64,000 nt of DNA from Cyanophyceae cyanobacterium (GTDB taxonomy: Bacteria > Cyanobacteriota > Cyanobacteriia > Cyanobacteriales > Laspinemataceae). Under the pieces are notes generated by a model, which was given only the letters and a program-made list of their open reading frames with translations, was not told the DNA's origin and searched no databases. Position numbers and translations under genes: made by a program. Positions 10,332 through 21,787 of the stretch are shown one piece after another (within the stretch, counting starts at the first letter, position 1; every line of letters starts with the position of its first letter). The stretch spans positions 128,001 through 192,000 of the forward strand of contig JBBQFN010000001.1 in assembly GCA_038321985.1 (NCBI GenBank). Direction: 5' to 3'.

Positions 10332-10601
10332 TTAAAAGGCTTGGATCCATTCCTTGACCTCGTACTCCGTCCAAATCCCATTTTTCCAATAGGGGTCCCC
10401 CTCGACTGCCTCTCGGACGGTTTGTTCATCCGGCGCTTCATAAATCCCGAACACTTTAGTTGTATCTTGGGTGGGACCGAGGGTAATCACCAAACCCGCT
10501 GCTTTTTGGGCGCTGATTCCATCAAGGTGAGCTTGGCGATAAGGGGCGCGTTTTTCCAGGACACCTTCGCAGTAGCTTCCCCACATGATGTACTTTGGCA
10601 T
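10332..10601 (-). CDS. YciI family protein
   Basis: R..HL, GPT and DPYW..GIW motifs; 89 aa. Confidence 0.85.
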   Translation of the reverse strand: MPKYIMWGSYCEGVLEKRAPYRQAHLDGISAQKAAGLVITLGPTQDTTKVFGIYEAPDEQTVREAVEGDPYWKNGIWTEYEVKEWIQAF

Positions 10602-10686
10602 AGGTTAATTTTGTAGAGTAGAGGTTAACAATGGAACGGCTATATCCCGAGAAAGAGGCGGAAATTAAAAACCCCGCCTGTTATTC

Positions 10687-10706
10687 CTGGGGGAATATTC
10701 CCCCAG
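10687..10706. terminator. Perfect 20-bp palindrome just downstream of pheT
   Basis: CTGGGGGAATATTCCCCCAG, 12 nt past the pheT stop. Confidence 0.45.
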
Positions 10707-10718
10707 TCGGAGATAGGG

Positions 10719-13169
10719 TTAGCTTCTTAAACTCACCGTAAACGCGGTAACTAGAGCATCCCGAACCTTTTGGTGAGCGGGTTCTATCTCTTCGTCGGTG
10801 AGAGTGCGATCGCTGGCCCGATACACCAGTCGAAAGGCTAAACTGCGTTGTCCTTCTGGCACATTCTGTCCCCGATAATCATCGAACAGTTGCACTGACT
10901 CCAGCAAAGACCCGGCAGACTGGCTCATCACCCCTGTGAGATCACCAACGGCAATCTCAACCGGCGCATAAAAGGCCAAATCCCGGTCTGATGAAGGATA
11001 GGTGGAATAAGAACTAAACTTGCGTCCAAAGGTATCTTTTGTGAGAATATCTAAAATGGGTTGTAACTCCATCTGGAAGATATACACCTCGTCCGGCAAT
11101 TCTCGGTCTTGACGCAGTTGAGGATGGAGTTGGCCGAAGACACCAATCGCCCGGTCCTGCAACCACAAGGAAGCAGTGCGCCCGGGATGTAACAGAGTGG
11201 GATAGGCATTGGATTCTGGACGATAAGACATTTCCAGTCCAAGGCGATCGCCCACACTTTCTAGAATCCCTTTCGCTTCATACCAGGACATCGGTTGTTC
11301 CCGACCACTGCGGACCCAGCGGCCTACAGTCGGGTCACCGCCTAAAATTCCGGCGACTGCCTCTTGTTCCTTCAGTCCTTCGCTATCTTTCCAGAATGTG
11401 CGACCCAGTTCAAATCCATTTAAAGGACCATTTCCTTGGGCTAAATTATACTGAAACGCATCGATTGCCCCAGTGAGCATTTCCGTCCGCAAGGCGGAAT
11501 ATTCGGCAAACAGGGGATTAGCCAAGGCAATCTGATTGTCTTGTTCTGCCTTAACTAAAGAGTAATGCATCAGTTCCGTTAACCCGGCGCTGCGGAAGGC
11601 CGATCGCAAATCTCGCCTTGCCTGTTGTTCCGGTCCAAGCTGTCCGGCAGCACTTTGGGTCGGTAAGGTTTCACGGAACTTGTCATACCCATACAACCGG
11701 GCAATTTCTTCGATTAAGTCAATTTCCCGTTCCAAATCCCGCGCTCGATAGGGCGGCACTTTCACCGACCAAACTTGACCAGGAGTAATTGTTGTGAGAG
11801 TACATCCTAATGCTGTGAGAATCGGTTCGATATCCGTTGCTTGTAATTCTCCGGTGCCCTCTCCCTGTTTTATGGGTCCGAGAACTTGATTCACGCGATC
11901 GCGGCGCAGTTGAATGGATTGGACTGCACCCCCGACTCGCAGTTCTTCCGGACGAGCATCGGCAATTTCTTGGTTGACGGGGATACCACCGGCTAACTCT
12001 GTGAACAGAGCGATCGCCCGATTGCCAGCGGTTTCTAACCCGGCATAATTCACCCCCCGTTCATACCGGGCCGAGGACTCCGTGCGTAACCCCACCGCGC
12101 GAGACGATCGCCGCACTGCTGGCGGGTCAAATAATGCCGCCTCTAAAATTAAATTCTCCGTCCCTTCATGGACTTCTGTTTCTTCCCCACCCATCACCCC
12201 AGCAATAGCCACCGGCTGATTATTTGCCGTAATCAAGAGATTTTCGGCTTGCAGAGTGCGGGTTTGACCATCCAGAGTTTTGAAAGTTTCCCCTGATTGG
12301 GCAAAGCGGACGCCGAGGGTGAGGGAATCTCCTCCGGCGAGGGTTTGGAGGCGATCGCGATCGAAAGCGTGTAACGGTTGTCCCCATTCCAACAGAATGT
12401 AATTAGTGACATCCACCACATTATTAATCGGGCGCACCCCTGCGGCTTGCAATCGCTGTTGCAACCACAGAGGAGAAGAGGCAATTTTCACCCCAGTGAT
12501 TTCCGTGCCCATATAAGCAGGACAGGCTTTGAATTCGTCGATTTTTAACGACAAACCCTTACCACCGGGGGTCATGGCTGTGTCCGAGGCAGTCGGCAAT
12601 CGGACCTGTGCACCCGTTAGTGCAGCCACTTCTCGCGCCACACCCACCATACTCAGGGCATCCGCCCGATTTGCCGTAGAGGTCAAGTCTAAAATTACAT
12701 CATCCAGACCCAACAATGGAGAAACCTCACTCCCTAATTGGGGGTTCTCCAATTCAAAATGATGAATCCCTTCCGATTCCTTTGCCAAACCCAACTCGGC
12801 TAAGGAGCAAATCATCCCTTCTGAAGGGACGCCGCGCAGTTTAGCCTTTTTAATTTTTAAGTCAATTTTGGGTAGATACGTGCCAATCGGAGCCACTGCC
12901 ACATAAATATCAGCCCTGGCGTTGGGTGCGCCACAGACAATATTTAAAGGGGAATCACCGCCAATATTGACCTTACAAACGCTTAGTTTATCGGCATTGG
13001 GATGTTGTTCGCGATCGATAATTTTTCCCAAGACGACACCGTTAGCCCAAGTGCGCCGATCTTCGATGTCTTCAACTTCAAATCCAGCCATCGTCAGCGT
13101 ATGGGCTAACTCTTCTGGAGACATCGTAATGTCTATCAGTTCCCGCAACCAGTTTAGAGAAATCCGCAT
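10719..13169 (-). CDS. pheT: Phenylalanine-tRNA ligase beta subunit
   Basis: [42 protein letters not shown]-terminal FDX-ACB domain. Confidence 0.97.
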   Translation of the reverse strand: MRISLNWLRELIDITMSPEELAHTLTMAGFEVEDIEDRRTWANGVVLGKIIDREQHPNADKLSVCKVNIGGDSPLNIVCGAPNARADIYVAVAPIGTYLPKIDLKIKKAKLRGVPSEGMICSLAELGLAKESEGIHHFELENPQLGSEVSPLLGLDDVILDLTSTANRADALSMVGVAREVAALTGAQVRLPTASDTAMTPGGKGLSLKIDEFKACPAYMGTEITGVKIASSPLWLQQRLQAAGVRPINNVVDVTNYILLEWGQPLHAFDRDRLQTLAGGDSLTLGVRFAQSGETFKTLDGQTRTLQAENLLITANNQPVAIAGVMGGEETEVHEGTENLILEAALFDPPAVRRSSRAVGLRTESSARYERGVNYAGLETAGNRAIALFTELAGGIPVNQEIADARPEELRVGGAVQSIQLRRDRVNQVLGPIKQGEGTGELQATDIEPILTALGCTLTTITPGQVWSVKVPPYRARDLEREIDLIEEIARLYGYDKFRETLPTQSAAGQLGPEQQARRDLRSAFRSAGLTELMHYSLVKAEQDNQIALANPLFAEYSALRTEMLTGAIDAFQYNLAQGNGPLNGFELGRTFWKDSEGLKEQEAVAGILGGDPTVGRWVRSGREQPMSWYEAKGILESVGDRLGLEMSYRPESNAYPTLLHPGRTASLWLQDRAIGVFGQLHPQLRQDRELPDEVYIFQMELQPILDILTKDTFGRKFSSYSTYPSSDRDLAFYAPVEIAVGDLTGVMSQSAGSLLESVQLFDDYRGQNVPEGQRSLAFRLVYRASDRTLTDEEIEPAHQKVRDALVTAFTVSLRS

Positions 13170-13272
13170 TGATATGGACGCCTAAAATAAGTCAGCCTGA
13201 CTCATTTTACTAGAGCATCGGTCCGCTCATCGGTTGAAACTGGGTTTGGGGTAAAAATCGGTGCTTTCAGGA

Positions 13273-14877
13273 CTAAAAGATTCCCCGCTTACCATTGGGT
13301 TTAATCGTCAACCAGTTGGTACGAGCCATTGAAAGCTGCATTTCACTGATTCTGGCTCCGGTGAGGTTAGCCCCGCAGAGGTTGGCTCCCCGAAGGTTGG
13401 CTTGGGTAAAGGAGGCTTCGATAAGGTCGGCCCCTCTGAGGTCCGCGCCTTCTAAATTGGCATTCACAAAATAGGCTTTATTTAAATTGGCGTCGCGCAG
13501 AGAAGCCTGGACTAAGCAGGCGCGTCCAAAGTTGGCACCTCCGAGGTCGGATCCGTGGAGATTAACGCGATCGAGCTGGGCGTCATAAAAATTAGCGCCG
13601 GATAGGACCGAGGAGCGCAAGTCTAACCCAGTCAGATTACAGTCAGCAAAGTCCCGTCTGCCTTTGCCATAAGCGAGGCGGAGTGCCTTAGCATCTAAGA
13701 TCCCACCACTGGGCGCACTGGATGCGGCTAAAGTTTGGGTGCGAAAGCTAGTTGTGGATCCGCGAATAGAACTCATGCCCGGACTTAAAGCGGTTGCTCC
13801 TCGACTGGCTGCTTTTGCCTTTTTATTGGCTCGGCGCGTGCGCAGTAACTCGACTTCACGGGCGGCAGGGGATAATCCTCGGTTATTTTTTTCCTCTAGT
13901 CGGGTTTCTTCTTCTTGAGGGGATGAGTCTTTGGGGCGGCTGGCAAGTCCTTCGGAAAGGAGACTTTGGTGGGATTCTACCTCTAGGGCGCGGAGGGCTT
14001 CTTCCGGGCTTTGGTAGCGATCGCGCACGGAAGCGGCAAGCATTTTTTCCAGTACCGCTGCAAAACTATCACTGACATAAACATGGGGACGCCAGACGAG
14101 TTCGGTCGTCATCGGGTCATAGTCAAAATGTTTGGGGGATTTGCCGGTGAGCAGATACAGGCAAGTAGCTCCCACGGCATAAATATCGCTGGCATAAACC
14201 GGGCGCATTGCCATCTGTTCTTGGGGCGCAAAACCCGGGGTGCCGATCGCAAAGGAGGTAAAGGCAGTCTCGCCGGTGGAGTTCGCGTTGAGGAGTGCCG
14301 TCTGACTCACTTGGTCCTTGACTGCGCCAAAGTCAATCAAAACTAGCTGATGATCCACATCGCGGCGAATGATGTTGGCGGGTTTAATATCCCGATGGAT
14401 CACTTCATTATCATGAAGGTATTTGACCAAGGGCAGGATTTCCCGTAGGAATTGTTTGACTGCAAATTCGGTAAAAGGTCCATTGCGCTTGGCTTCCTGT
14501 TTGATGGTTTGGCCGCCTACATACTCCTGGACCAGATAAAATTGGCGCTCGCTTTCAAAATAATCTAGCAGTCTGGGCACTTGAGGATGATTGCCGATTT
14601 TCCCTAGGGTTTTCGCCTCGCGCTCAAATAGCTGTCTTGCCATATCCAGCACCCGGGGAGAAGTTGAAGCGGGACGCAGTTGTTTAATCACACAGACGGG
14701 CTGACCGGGCAATAGGTCATCTACTGCTACAAACGTAGCTCCAAAGCCACCTTGACCCAATGCTTTGAGTACGCGATAGCGATCGCGCAAGAGTAGATTT
14801 GAGCCACAGGTTTGACACCGAATGGCACGCTCGGCATTTTTAGGCTCAGGACAGGCGGGATTAACGCAGTAGCTCAT
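13273..14877 (-). CDS. spkB: Ser/Thr kinase with N-terminal 4-Cys ribbon and C-terminal pentapeptide repeats (SpkB-like)
   Basis: MSYCVNPAC, LGQGGFG, HRDIKPAN, DFG, and A(D/N)LxG repeats. Confidence 0.85.
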   Translation of the reverse strand: MSYCVNPACPEPKNAERAIRCQTCGSNLLLRDRYRVLKALGQGGFGATFVAVDDLLPGQPVCVIKQLRPASTSPRVLDMARQLFEREAKTLGKIGNHPQVPRLLDYFESERQFYLVQEYVGGQTIKQEAKRNGPFTEFAVKQFLREILPLVKYLHDNEVIHRDIKPANIIRRDVDHQLVLIDFGAVKDQVSQTALLNANSTGETAFTSFAIGTPGFAPQEQMAMRPVYASDIYAVGATCLYLLTGKSPKHFDYDPMTTELVWRPHVYVSDSFAAVLEKMLAASVRDRYQSPEEALRALEVESHQSLLSEGLASRPKDSSPQEEETRLEEKNNRGLSPAAREVELLRTRRANKKAKAASRGATALSPGMSSIRGSTTSFRTQTLAASSAPSGGILDAKALRLAYGKGRRDFADCNLTGLDLRSSVLSGANFYDAQLDRVNLHGSDLGGANFGRACLVQASLRDANLNKAYFVNANLEGADLRGADLIEASFTQANLRGANLCGANLTGARISEMQLSMARTNWLTIKPNGKRGIF

Positions 14878-15368
14878 GAAACTTCACCTGATTTTTAAAA
14901 CGGATGTTTTTCGACACAGTGAGTGAGTCGTCGTAGATGCAAGACCCCTTTTTGCTCCAAGCATAGCAAGTCGTTTAAGTGGATCTCTCCTTACCTTAGA
15001 CTATTGATTGAGCCCTCTTAAAGACAAGAGAGCTAATCTGGTAAAGGAATCCCAAATTTATAGGGCGATTCTGTAAAGTCTTAGTAAATGCCACGCCGAT
15101 CAAGGCTAAATAAGCGCTCTTACTTGCGATCGCTCTTATGCATGAGGGTTCCCTAAAATGGACCTGAACGAACAAGGGGATTGCGGGTTTTTTCCCAGCA
15201 TCTCCTAAATTTGTCGAGTTTAACTCTGCCGCAGGGCCGTCGCCATTCTCAACTCGTCCAATCCTTTGTTATTTTCTCACTTAAATCAGTTTTTGCCACA
15301 GAAAAGCCAAAAAACCCTTGGACTCGTTCCTCCGAACAACGGAAGAAACCAGGCAACGAGCAGCAACA

Positions 15369-15393
15369 AAGGCGTGTTCATAGAACACGCCTT
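15369..15393 (-). terminator. Probable terminator of the DUF427 gene
   Basis: AAGGCGTGTTC-ATA-GAACACGCCTT perfect 11-bp stem about 10 nt after the stop. Confidence 0.6.
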
Positions 15394-15402
15394 GAGCAAC
15401 CC

Positions 15403-15687
15403 TTAGCCTTCTACCTTTACTCCACGCCAAAAGGCGACATATCCGTTAATCTGCTTGGCCGCATCTTTGACGTTGGGATAATACCATGCTGCATCTTTGT
15501 TGACCTGACCATCAACTACTATATTGTAATAGCTAGCTTGACCCTTCCAAGGGCAACTCGTGTTGGTATTACTATCTTGGAAATATTCCGATTTAAGGGA
15601 GTCAGGGGGAAAATATTGGTTCCCTTCCACAACTTCACAGCGATCGCTTTCGGCTAAAATAGCTCCATTCCAAATGGCTTTGGGCAT
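15403..15687 (-). CDS. DUF427 domain protein
   Basis: VEGNQYFPP, CPWKGQASYY and AWYYP motifs. Confidence 0.92.
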   Translation of the reverse strand: MPKAIWNGAILAESDRCEVVEGNQYFPPDSLKSEYFQDSNTNTSCPWKGQASYYNIVVDGQVNKDAAWYYPNVKDAAKQINGYVAFWRGVKVEG

Positions 15688-15767
15688 GATGGGGTTACTC
15701 CTGATGTAATGGTCTGTTAACCATTATGAGCCGAGGAGCGGGCAACTGGAGTGGATCCCCCGAAAAA

Positions 15768-16085
15768 CTAACCTTCGATTTCTAGGCCAGTCGCCCGGAC
15801 CAAGCAGCGCAATTTTGCGGCGGGACACCACGCGCAGCTATCGTGGAGTTTGGTCGAAGAACCGGCGCAGGCGGAGTCTAGCCAGAGTTCTCCGGTGATT
15901 GGACAAACGAAGCTCTCAGGGGCGATCGCCGGTTGACGATATGCGGCTAACCCGATCACGATGCCCGTTTCAAATAACGGTTGCCCCACTTGGGCGCTGC
16001 TTCCGTCGGGAGGGATAGGTGGGAGCATTCTCATACGACTCCACCGATGCCTGGTGGTTGGATGCCTCAATAAAGGCGTTCCCAT
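15768..16085 (-). CDS. Small Cys-rich hypothetical protein
   Basis: RBS GAGGA about 5 nt upstream of ATG 16085; C-terminal Cys cluster CPITG..AC..CAWCP..C. Confidence 0.5.
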   Translation of the reverse strand: MGTPLLRHPTTRHRWSRMRMLPPIPPDGSSAQVGQPLFETGIVIGLAAYRQPAIAPESFVCPITGELWLDSACAGSSTKLHDSCAWCPAAKLRCLVRATGLEIEG

Positions 16086-16309
16086 GTTTATCCTCACATC
16101 ACTTAAGTTATGCAAAAGCGTCTAGATGGCAATTCTCACCCCAATGAATTGTCAGCTAAGACTAGATGGAAACTTCTCCCTAGGAAACCCTTTGACCGGA
16201 TCAAATATAGCGATCGCGGGCATTTCCCCCAAATACCGACTCAATTTAAAAATGATGCAGGTCTCGGACCCGATAAAATAAGGGGGAACTCAACGACAAA
16301 CTGCGAGCC

Positions 16310-18577
16310 ATGTCAGGCATCAGCCCCTTAAACGCTACAGCCCCCAAACAGTTAGAGCGATCGCTCAAGCATTTTTTCGGTCATGACAGCTTCCGTCCAG
16401 GACAGCGCGCGATCGTCGAAGCGGCCCTCCAAAATCGGGATATGCTGATCGTCATGCCCACTGGGGGCGGAAAGTCCCTTTGCTTTCAACTTCCGGCATT
16501 GCTGCGAAAAGGGCTAACGGTGGTTGTTTCGCCTCTGATTGCTTTGATGCAGGATCAAGTCGAATCCCTCAGAAATAACGGCATTGGCTGTACCTTTCTC
16601 AACAGCACTCTAAGTTGGGAAGAGGTGCGATCGCGGGAACAAGCCCTAATTCAGGGTAAAATCAAACTCCTCTATGTCGCTCCCGAACGTCTTTTGAGCG
16701 AACGTTTTCTGCCGTTCCTAGACCTGGTACGCGCTCAGGTGGGTATCGGTGGGTTTGCGATCGATGAGGCCCATTGCGTCTCGGAATGGGGCCATGACTT
16801 CCGCCCGGAATATCGGCAAATGCAACTGCTGCGTCAGCGCTACCCGGAAATTCCGATCATGGGCCTGACTGCCACAGCAACCGATCGCGTCCGTCAAGAT
16901 ATTATTCAACAATTGGCCCTGCGTGACCCCAAAATCCACATCGCCAGTTTTAACCGTCCTAACCTATATTACGAAGTTCGCCCTAAAAATAAGCAGTCTT
17001 ATCGAGAATTAGTCAAAATCATTCGCGAAAGCAAGGGTTCAGGAATTATCTACTGTCTCAGTCGTCGCCGAGTGGATGAAATCGCCTATAAATTGCAGCG
17101 CGAAGGCATTGATGCGATTCCCTATCACGCTGGAATGAACGACGAGGAACGCAGTAGCAATCAAACCCGCTTTATTCGGGATGATGCTCAGGTCATTGTA
17201 GCCACGATCGCCTTTGGCATGGGTATCAATAAACCGGATGTCCGCTTTGTGGTTCATTATGATTTACCCCGGAATATTGAAGGCTATTATCAAGAATCAG
17301 GACGGGCCGGACGGGATGGAGAAACTGCCGATTGTACCCTGTTTTTTGGCTATGGTGATATTAAAACAATTGAATATATTATTGACCAAAAAACCGACAG
17401 TGATGAACAACGAATTGCCCGTCAGCAGTTGCGACAAATTATTAATTATTCAGAAAGTACGGTTTGTCGTCGCACGATTCAACTGGGGTATTTTGGGGAA
17501 CGCTTTCCGGGCAATTGCGAAAACTGTGATAATTGTAGAAATCCCAAACCCACGGAAGACTGGACCATCGACTCGATGAAGTTTCTTTCCTGTGTGGCCC
17601 GGTGTAAGGAACGGTTTGGGATGAATTACATTATCGATGTTTTGCGCGGATCTAAAAGTCAGAAAGTTTTAAAATACGGCCATGAAACCCTATCGACTTA
17701 TGGGATTGGGTTGGATAGAACCGCTGATGATTGGAAAATGTTGGGGCGATCGCTGATTCATCAAGGGTTACTTGAAGAAACAACCGATGGGTATTCTGTG
17801 CTCAAGTTGAATGAGGGTAGCTGGGAGGTAATGCGAAAGCAACGGCAGGTTTTCATTGCGGTTCCCAAAGCGCCGGTGAATAACGAAATGAGCGATTGCG
17901 ACCGCAAAAAAGCCGAGGTGGAAATGTTATTTGATCACTTGCGATCGCTCCGTAAAGAAATCGCCGACGAGCAATCCCTCGCCCCCTATACTGTTTTTGG
18001 GGATTCGACCCTGAGATTAATGGCGCAGCAACGTCCCCAGACTTTGGCGGAATTTAGTACCCTGTCTGGGGTGGTGGAGTATAAAGTGGAGCAATACGGA
18101 GATCGCTTCGTGACCGAAATTCGCGAGTATTGTCAAGCGAACGGACTTTCATCTGGGGGGATGAATGGGGACTCTCAAAAACGAGGATTGATGGCGATTA
18201 AACCCCCTACCAGCCCGGAATCGGGGGTAACATCCGAGCCCTCTTTTACTCAATTAATTACTCTAGAATCTCACCAAGAAGGGCTGAGCGTTTCAGAAAT
18301 TGCAGCGAAACGAAATCTGAAAGAGACAACCGTGGAAAGTCATTTAATTGAACTGCTGGAAATGAATCAATCCGTAGATATTCACCGATTGATTCCAGTC
18401 ACCCGTCAGCAAGTTATTGTGCAAGCCCTGAAATTGTTGGGTTCGGATACCCTAAAGCCGGTTTATGAACATTTAGGGGAAAAATACAGCTACAATGAAC
18501 TGCGGTTAGTGCGAGCTGCGTGGCGACGGAATCTCTGTGCTAATTTCCCGTTTAAGACCGATGAATTGGACTTTTAA
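16310..18577 (+). CDS. recQ: DNA helicase RecQ
   Basis: MPTGGGKS, DEAHC, QESGRAGRDG, RQC Zn cluster, HRDC and C-terminal HTH. Confidence 0.97.
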   Translation: MSGISPLNATAPKQLERSLKHFFGHDSFRPGQRAIVEAALQNRDMLIVMPTGGGKSLCFQLPALLRKGLTVVVSPLIALMQDQVESLRNNGIGCTFLNSTLSWEEVRSREQALIQGKIKLLYVAPERLLSERFLPFLDLVRAQVGIGGFAIDEAHCVSEWGHDFRPEYRQMQLLRQRYPEIPIMGLTATATDRVRQDIIQQLALRDPKIHIASFNRPNLYYEVRPKNKQSYRELVKIIRESKGSGIIYCLSRRRVDEIAYKLQREGIDAIPYHAGMNDEERSSNQTRFIRDDAQVIVATIAFGMGINKPDVRFVVHYDLPRNIEGYYQESGRAGRDGETADCTLFFGYGDIKTIEYIIDQKTDSDEQRIARQQLRQIINYSESTVCRRTIQLGYFGERFPGNCENCDNCRNPKPTEDWTIDSMKFLSCVARCKERFGMNYIIDVLRGSKSQKVLKYGHETLSTYGIGLDRTADDWKMLGRSLIHQGLLEETTDGYSVLKLNEGSWEVMRKQRQVFIAVPKAPVNNEMSDCDRKKAEVEMLFDHLRSLRKEIADEQSLAPYTVFGDSTLRLMAQQRPQTLAEFSTLSGVVEYKVEQYGDRFVTEIREYCQANGLSSGGMNGDSQKRGLMAIKPPTSPESGVTSEPSFTQLITLESHQEGLSVSEIAAKRNLKETTVESHLIELLEMNQSVDIHRLIPVTRQQVIVQALKLLGSDTLKPVYEHLGEKYSYNELRLVRAAWRRNLCANFPFKTDELDF

Positions 18578-18754
18578 AAAAGTCAAGGATTTAATTTATT
18601 TCTCCCCGCTGTTTGCTGATAATGGTAAGGTAGAAAAATACAAGGAAGGAGCGGGAGGAGAGAACCGGGTTACGGGATTGCCGGGAAGCGATCGCCTCCT
18701 CCGGACCTAAATTGTCATTAACCTGTTTAGTTTTGGGACCCAGAGGAGGTAGTC

Positions 18755-19093
18755 ATGACCGAGTTTATGGATTTTCTCAGACATAAATATGCTTATGTGG
18801 CGATCGGCGAATTCAAAGCAGGCAAATTCGACGAAGCCAAGCAACTTTACGAAAAAGCCGTCTCTACTTACAGCCAAGGGTTTAAGGGGGCGTATTTACT
18901 GCAACAGCCGAATAGTGATAAGGGGATTGCTGTAATTTTTTGGGACGATATCGACGCGATGGACTCTAACCACGATGAGGCTCACGCGGCAATTTTAAAC
19001 GAAATTTCCCACTTATTTGCTAAACCCCCCATGACGGGGTTCTACGATGTTTGTAGCGAAACTCCCGCACCCCTCTGTGTAGCGGTGGAGTAG
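18755..19093 (+). CDS. Antibiotic biosynthesis monooxygenase-like protein
   Basis: GFKGAYLL..GIAVIFW ABM-type pattern; strong RBS GAGGAGG. Confidence 0.7.
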   Translation: MTEFMDFLRHKYAYVAIGEFKAGKFDEAKQLYEKAVSTYSQGFKGAYLLQQPNSDKGIAVIFWDDIDAMDSNHDEAHAAILNEISHLFAKPPMTGFYDVCSETPAPLCVAVE

Positions 19094-19795
19094 ATGCGAT
19101 CGCAAGGCATCATGGTGACGGGACTCCCCCAACCCCTTTTAGAAGTCCAGGTTTTTTACTCAAACCACTCTTCCACCTACCCCCATGGGAAAAGCGCTGC
19201 ACTCTGTTCGTTGTAGGCTTTTTACAAGCAAGACTCCTATAAGTTCGTCCAGTGCCCTGCCTGGTAGGGAGGGGACTTGAGGATGATTTTTGACGTTTTT
19301 GGGGTGGGGCTTCTGGACCCCTGAGTGTAAGCAACCGCCGTGGAAGAGGTTGGCGATCGCCCTCGTCCCTTGCAATAAAACGCAGTCCAGCGGGACTCCC
19401 GGGACTGCGGAGAAAACCAATGATTATTTCTAATTTTACGATAGAAGTGCATGAGCCAGGTCGGTGTGATTGGGATCAAAACTGGGGGTGATTGTCATCA
19501 CGGGAAAAGGGAGTGCGATCGCTTACAAAGAATTTGATTGTCATTTAGCTGGCCTACCCTGTAAATTTTTACTTTAATTTCACCGATTTTACGGGGCAAT
19601 TTCTACCTTTTGAGAGAGCCTATTTCTATGATTAGACCTACACTACAAAGTAGTAGATTAAAATTATATAGCTTCTCTAAATCAGGGGGCGATTTCTATC
19701 TAAGGCGGTTCGGAATAGCTGGGATTGCCCCCTTTTTAAATTTGGCAAAGAAATTGAGGCAAGTTGTTAGAGAGTTTTACCCTTAGGTTAATATC

Positions 19796-20872
19796 ATGGC
19801 TGAATCTTTTTTATTAAGTCGAATTTTACTTAAATTTGATGCTGAAACTCAAGACCGGGTGGGAGATTTATCCGCCGTTACCTTTACCCCCGATGGTTCC
19901 TTATGGGTGGGTTCAGATGAATTGCTGACGCTGGAACGGCTTTCTCTTCTCGAACCTTATGTTTATGGAAATCATCAACCCTTTGAAATTGGAGAATTTA
20001 TCGAATTATTTAATCAAGAAGATGAAATAGATATTGAGGGAATAGATTACTCGGAGGGATACCTTTGGTTTACTGGATCTCATAGTACAAAACGGAAAAA
20101 GCCCAAAGGGGAAAATCCGGAAAAAGATATCAACCGGCTGACCCAAGTCAAAAGGGAGGCGAATCGATATTTATTAGCAAGAATTCCCATTCAGGAGGGA
20201 ATTCCGGTTCAAAACTGTATGGACCCGAGCAATGGCGATCGCCAACTGACAGCAGCCTCCCTCCAAAAAACCGAAAGTGGCAATATTCTGATGGATGCCT
20301 TGGAAAAAGACATTCATTTTGGTTCAATTGTAGCCTCTCAACTTCCAAGCAAAGAAAATGGATTAGATATAGAAGGATTGGCAGTTAGCGGGCCTAAAAT
20401 TTTTCTAGGATTTCGGGGTCCGGTTCTCCGAGGATGGGCGGTAATTATTCAAATAGAAGTAGAAGAAAGCGAACCGGGAATTTTAACGCTTAAAGCAATA
20501 GGCGAAGAAGGACGGCTTTATAAAAAGCATTTTCTAGACCTCGGTGGATTAGGAATTCGCGAATTGTGTCTGGATGGAGAAGACCTAATTATTCTAGGCG
20601 GTCCAACTTTAGATCTAGACGCGGGTATGAAGGTGTTCCGGCTCATAGATATTTTAAATCGGGAGGGTGACTTGATAATTGCCCAGGATGAGACCGAATT
20701 AAAAGTCTTATTTAATTTACCCTTTAAGCTAGGAACCGATCGGGGGGAAGGGTTGGCCCGTCTTCCTTGTTTGGGACAACCCAGTTCCTTGTTAGTGGTT
20801 TACGATTCACCGGATCCCACGAGAATAATTAATGGTGATTCGGTGTTTGGCGATGTGTTTCGACTTTCATAA
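19796..20872 (+). CDS. DUF3616 domain protein
   Basis: EIDIEG, GSHS, SKENGLDIEGLA, GFRGPVLRGWA motifs. Confidence 0.85.
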   Translation: MAESFLLSRILLKFDAETQDRVGDLSAVTFTPDGSLWVGSDELLTLERLSLLEPYVYGNHQPFEIGEFIELFNQEDEIDIEGIDYSEGYLWFTGSHSTKRKKPKGENPEKDINRLTQVKREANRYLLARIPIQEGIPVQNCMDPSNGDRQLTAASLQKTESGNILMDALEKDIHFGSIVASQLPSKENGLDIEGLAVSGPKIFLGFRGPVLRGWAVIIQIEVEESEPGILTLKAIGEEGRLYKKHFLDLGGLGIRELCLDGEDLIILGGPTLDLDAGMKVFRLIDILNREGDLIIAQDETELKVLFNLPFKLGTDRGEGLARLPCLGQPSSLLVVYDSPDPTRIINGDSVFGDVFRLS

Positions 20873-20958
20873 TCACGGGCATTAAGACACAAGAATCGGA
20901 AGCGGCTGCGCGGTTTACTGGGGATATTTACGGCACCCCCGGTGAACCGCGCATTTGC

Positions 20959-21312
20959 TTACAATGCTTGCAACTGAGAAAAGCGATCGGGACAAAAGAG
21001 GGCAACCCCAACAGCAATGACTTTACCGCTGTAGAGTCCCCGTGCTTCTAATTGCGCTTGGGGTAAATTCTCTTGGGCAAGAGACTCGGCGACTTCGGTG
21101 GCAAAGTCCCGAACGGAAGCCCCTTGGGCTAAAGCACTACAGGCATCTTGACCCAATTTTTCCGCCCGTTGACTCCCCACCTGTTGATGGATTTGGAGTT
21201 CCTCTGGGGTCAAAATTCCTTCTAAAACTGTATCAAATTCTTGAGCCTGGGCGGGAGTCACAGAGAATAAAACCAAAGAAGCGCTTACACAAGCCAGAAA
21301 TGTTTTAAGCAT
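20959..21312 (-). CDS. Secreted DUF732-like protein
   Basis: Signal peptide ending AQA; G..AC..L..G and FCP two-Cys pattern. Confidence 0.6.
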   Translation of the reverse strand: MLKTFLACVSASLVLFSVTPAQAQEFDTVLEGILTPEELQIHQQVGSQRAEKLGQDACSALAQGASVRDFATEVAESLAQENLPQAQLEARGLYSGKVIAVGVALFCPDRFSQLQAL

Positions 21313-21787
21313 AATTTTATTTGAATGGACGGTGATAGGGTTTCCCGTTCAACCCCGGATCTAGCTTGGCGAGGGGGAGACGGTCTAAGTTACTCCTGCA
21401 TTATAGAAGGAGCAGGGCTAAGTCGGCTTCTGATTTCCCTGAACAAATCTAACATCCCTTACCCTCGGCTAAAACACGAATGCCTCCAAGGAAAGACAGG
21501 TCGGCAACCGGGGCATTTTTCTGCTCTAGACAAGGTTGATTCTTAGGCTATAGTAGCTATATAGGGCCTAAATAGAGGCTTTGCGTCTCACCATTTTCTT
21601 AAGTTTAATGACAGAAAGAATCAGGGGTTAGAAAATCATGAGAATAGATTCCGGACCGGATAAACCGTTTTTCTGTTTAGGAGAATAGCCCGGTGTTAAA
21701 TGACCACCTATTTTCTTAAAGATGAAATTATATTTAAGGCTATAAAATCATCTTTGTAGTAGCAACAATCGCAGTGGAACCTGCAAC

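Noticed and set aside
15181..15657. 158-aa plus-strand ORF
   Set aside because: Antisense to the well-supported DUF427 gene and spans its terminator.
19110..19479. Three overlapping short minus-strand ORFs
   Set aside because: No motifs or RBS support, and mutually overlapping.
21548..21745. Possible MITE with CTATAG-like ends
   Set aside because: Terminal repeat match too short and degenerate.
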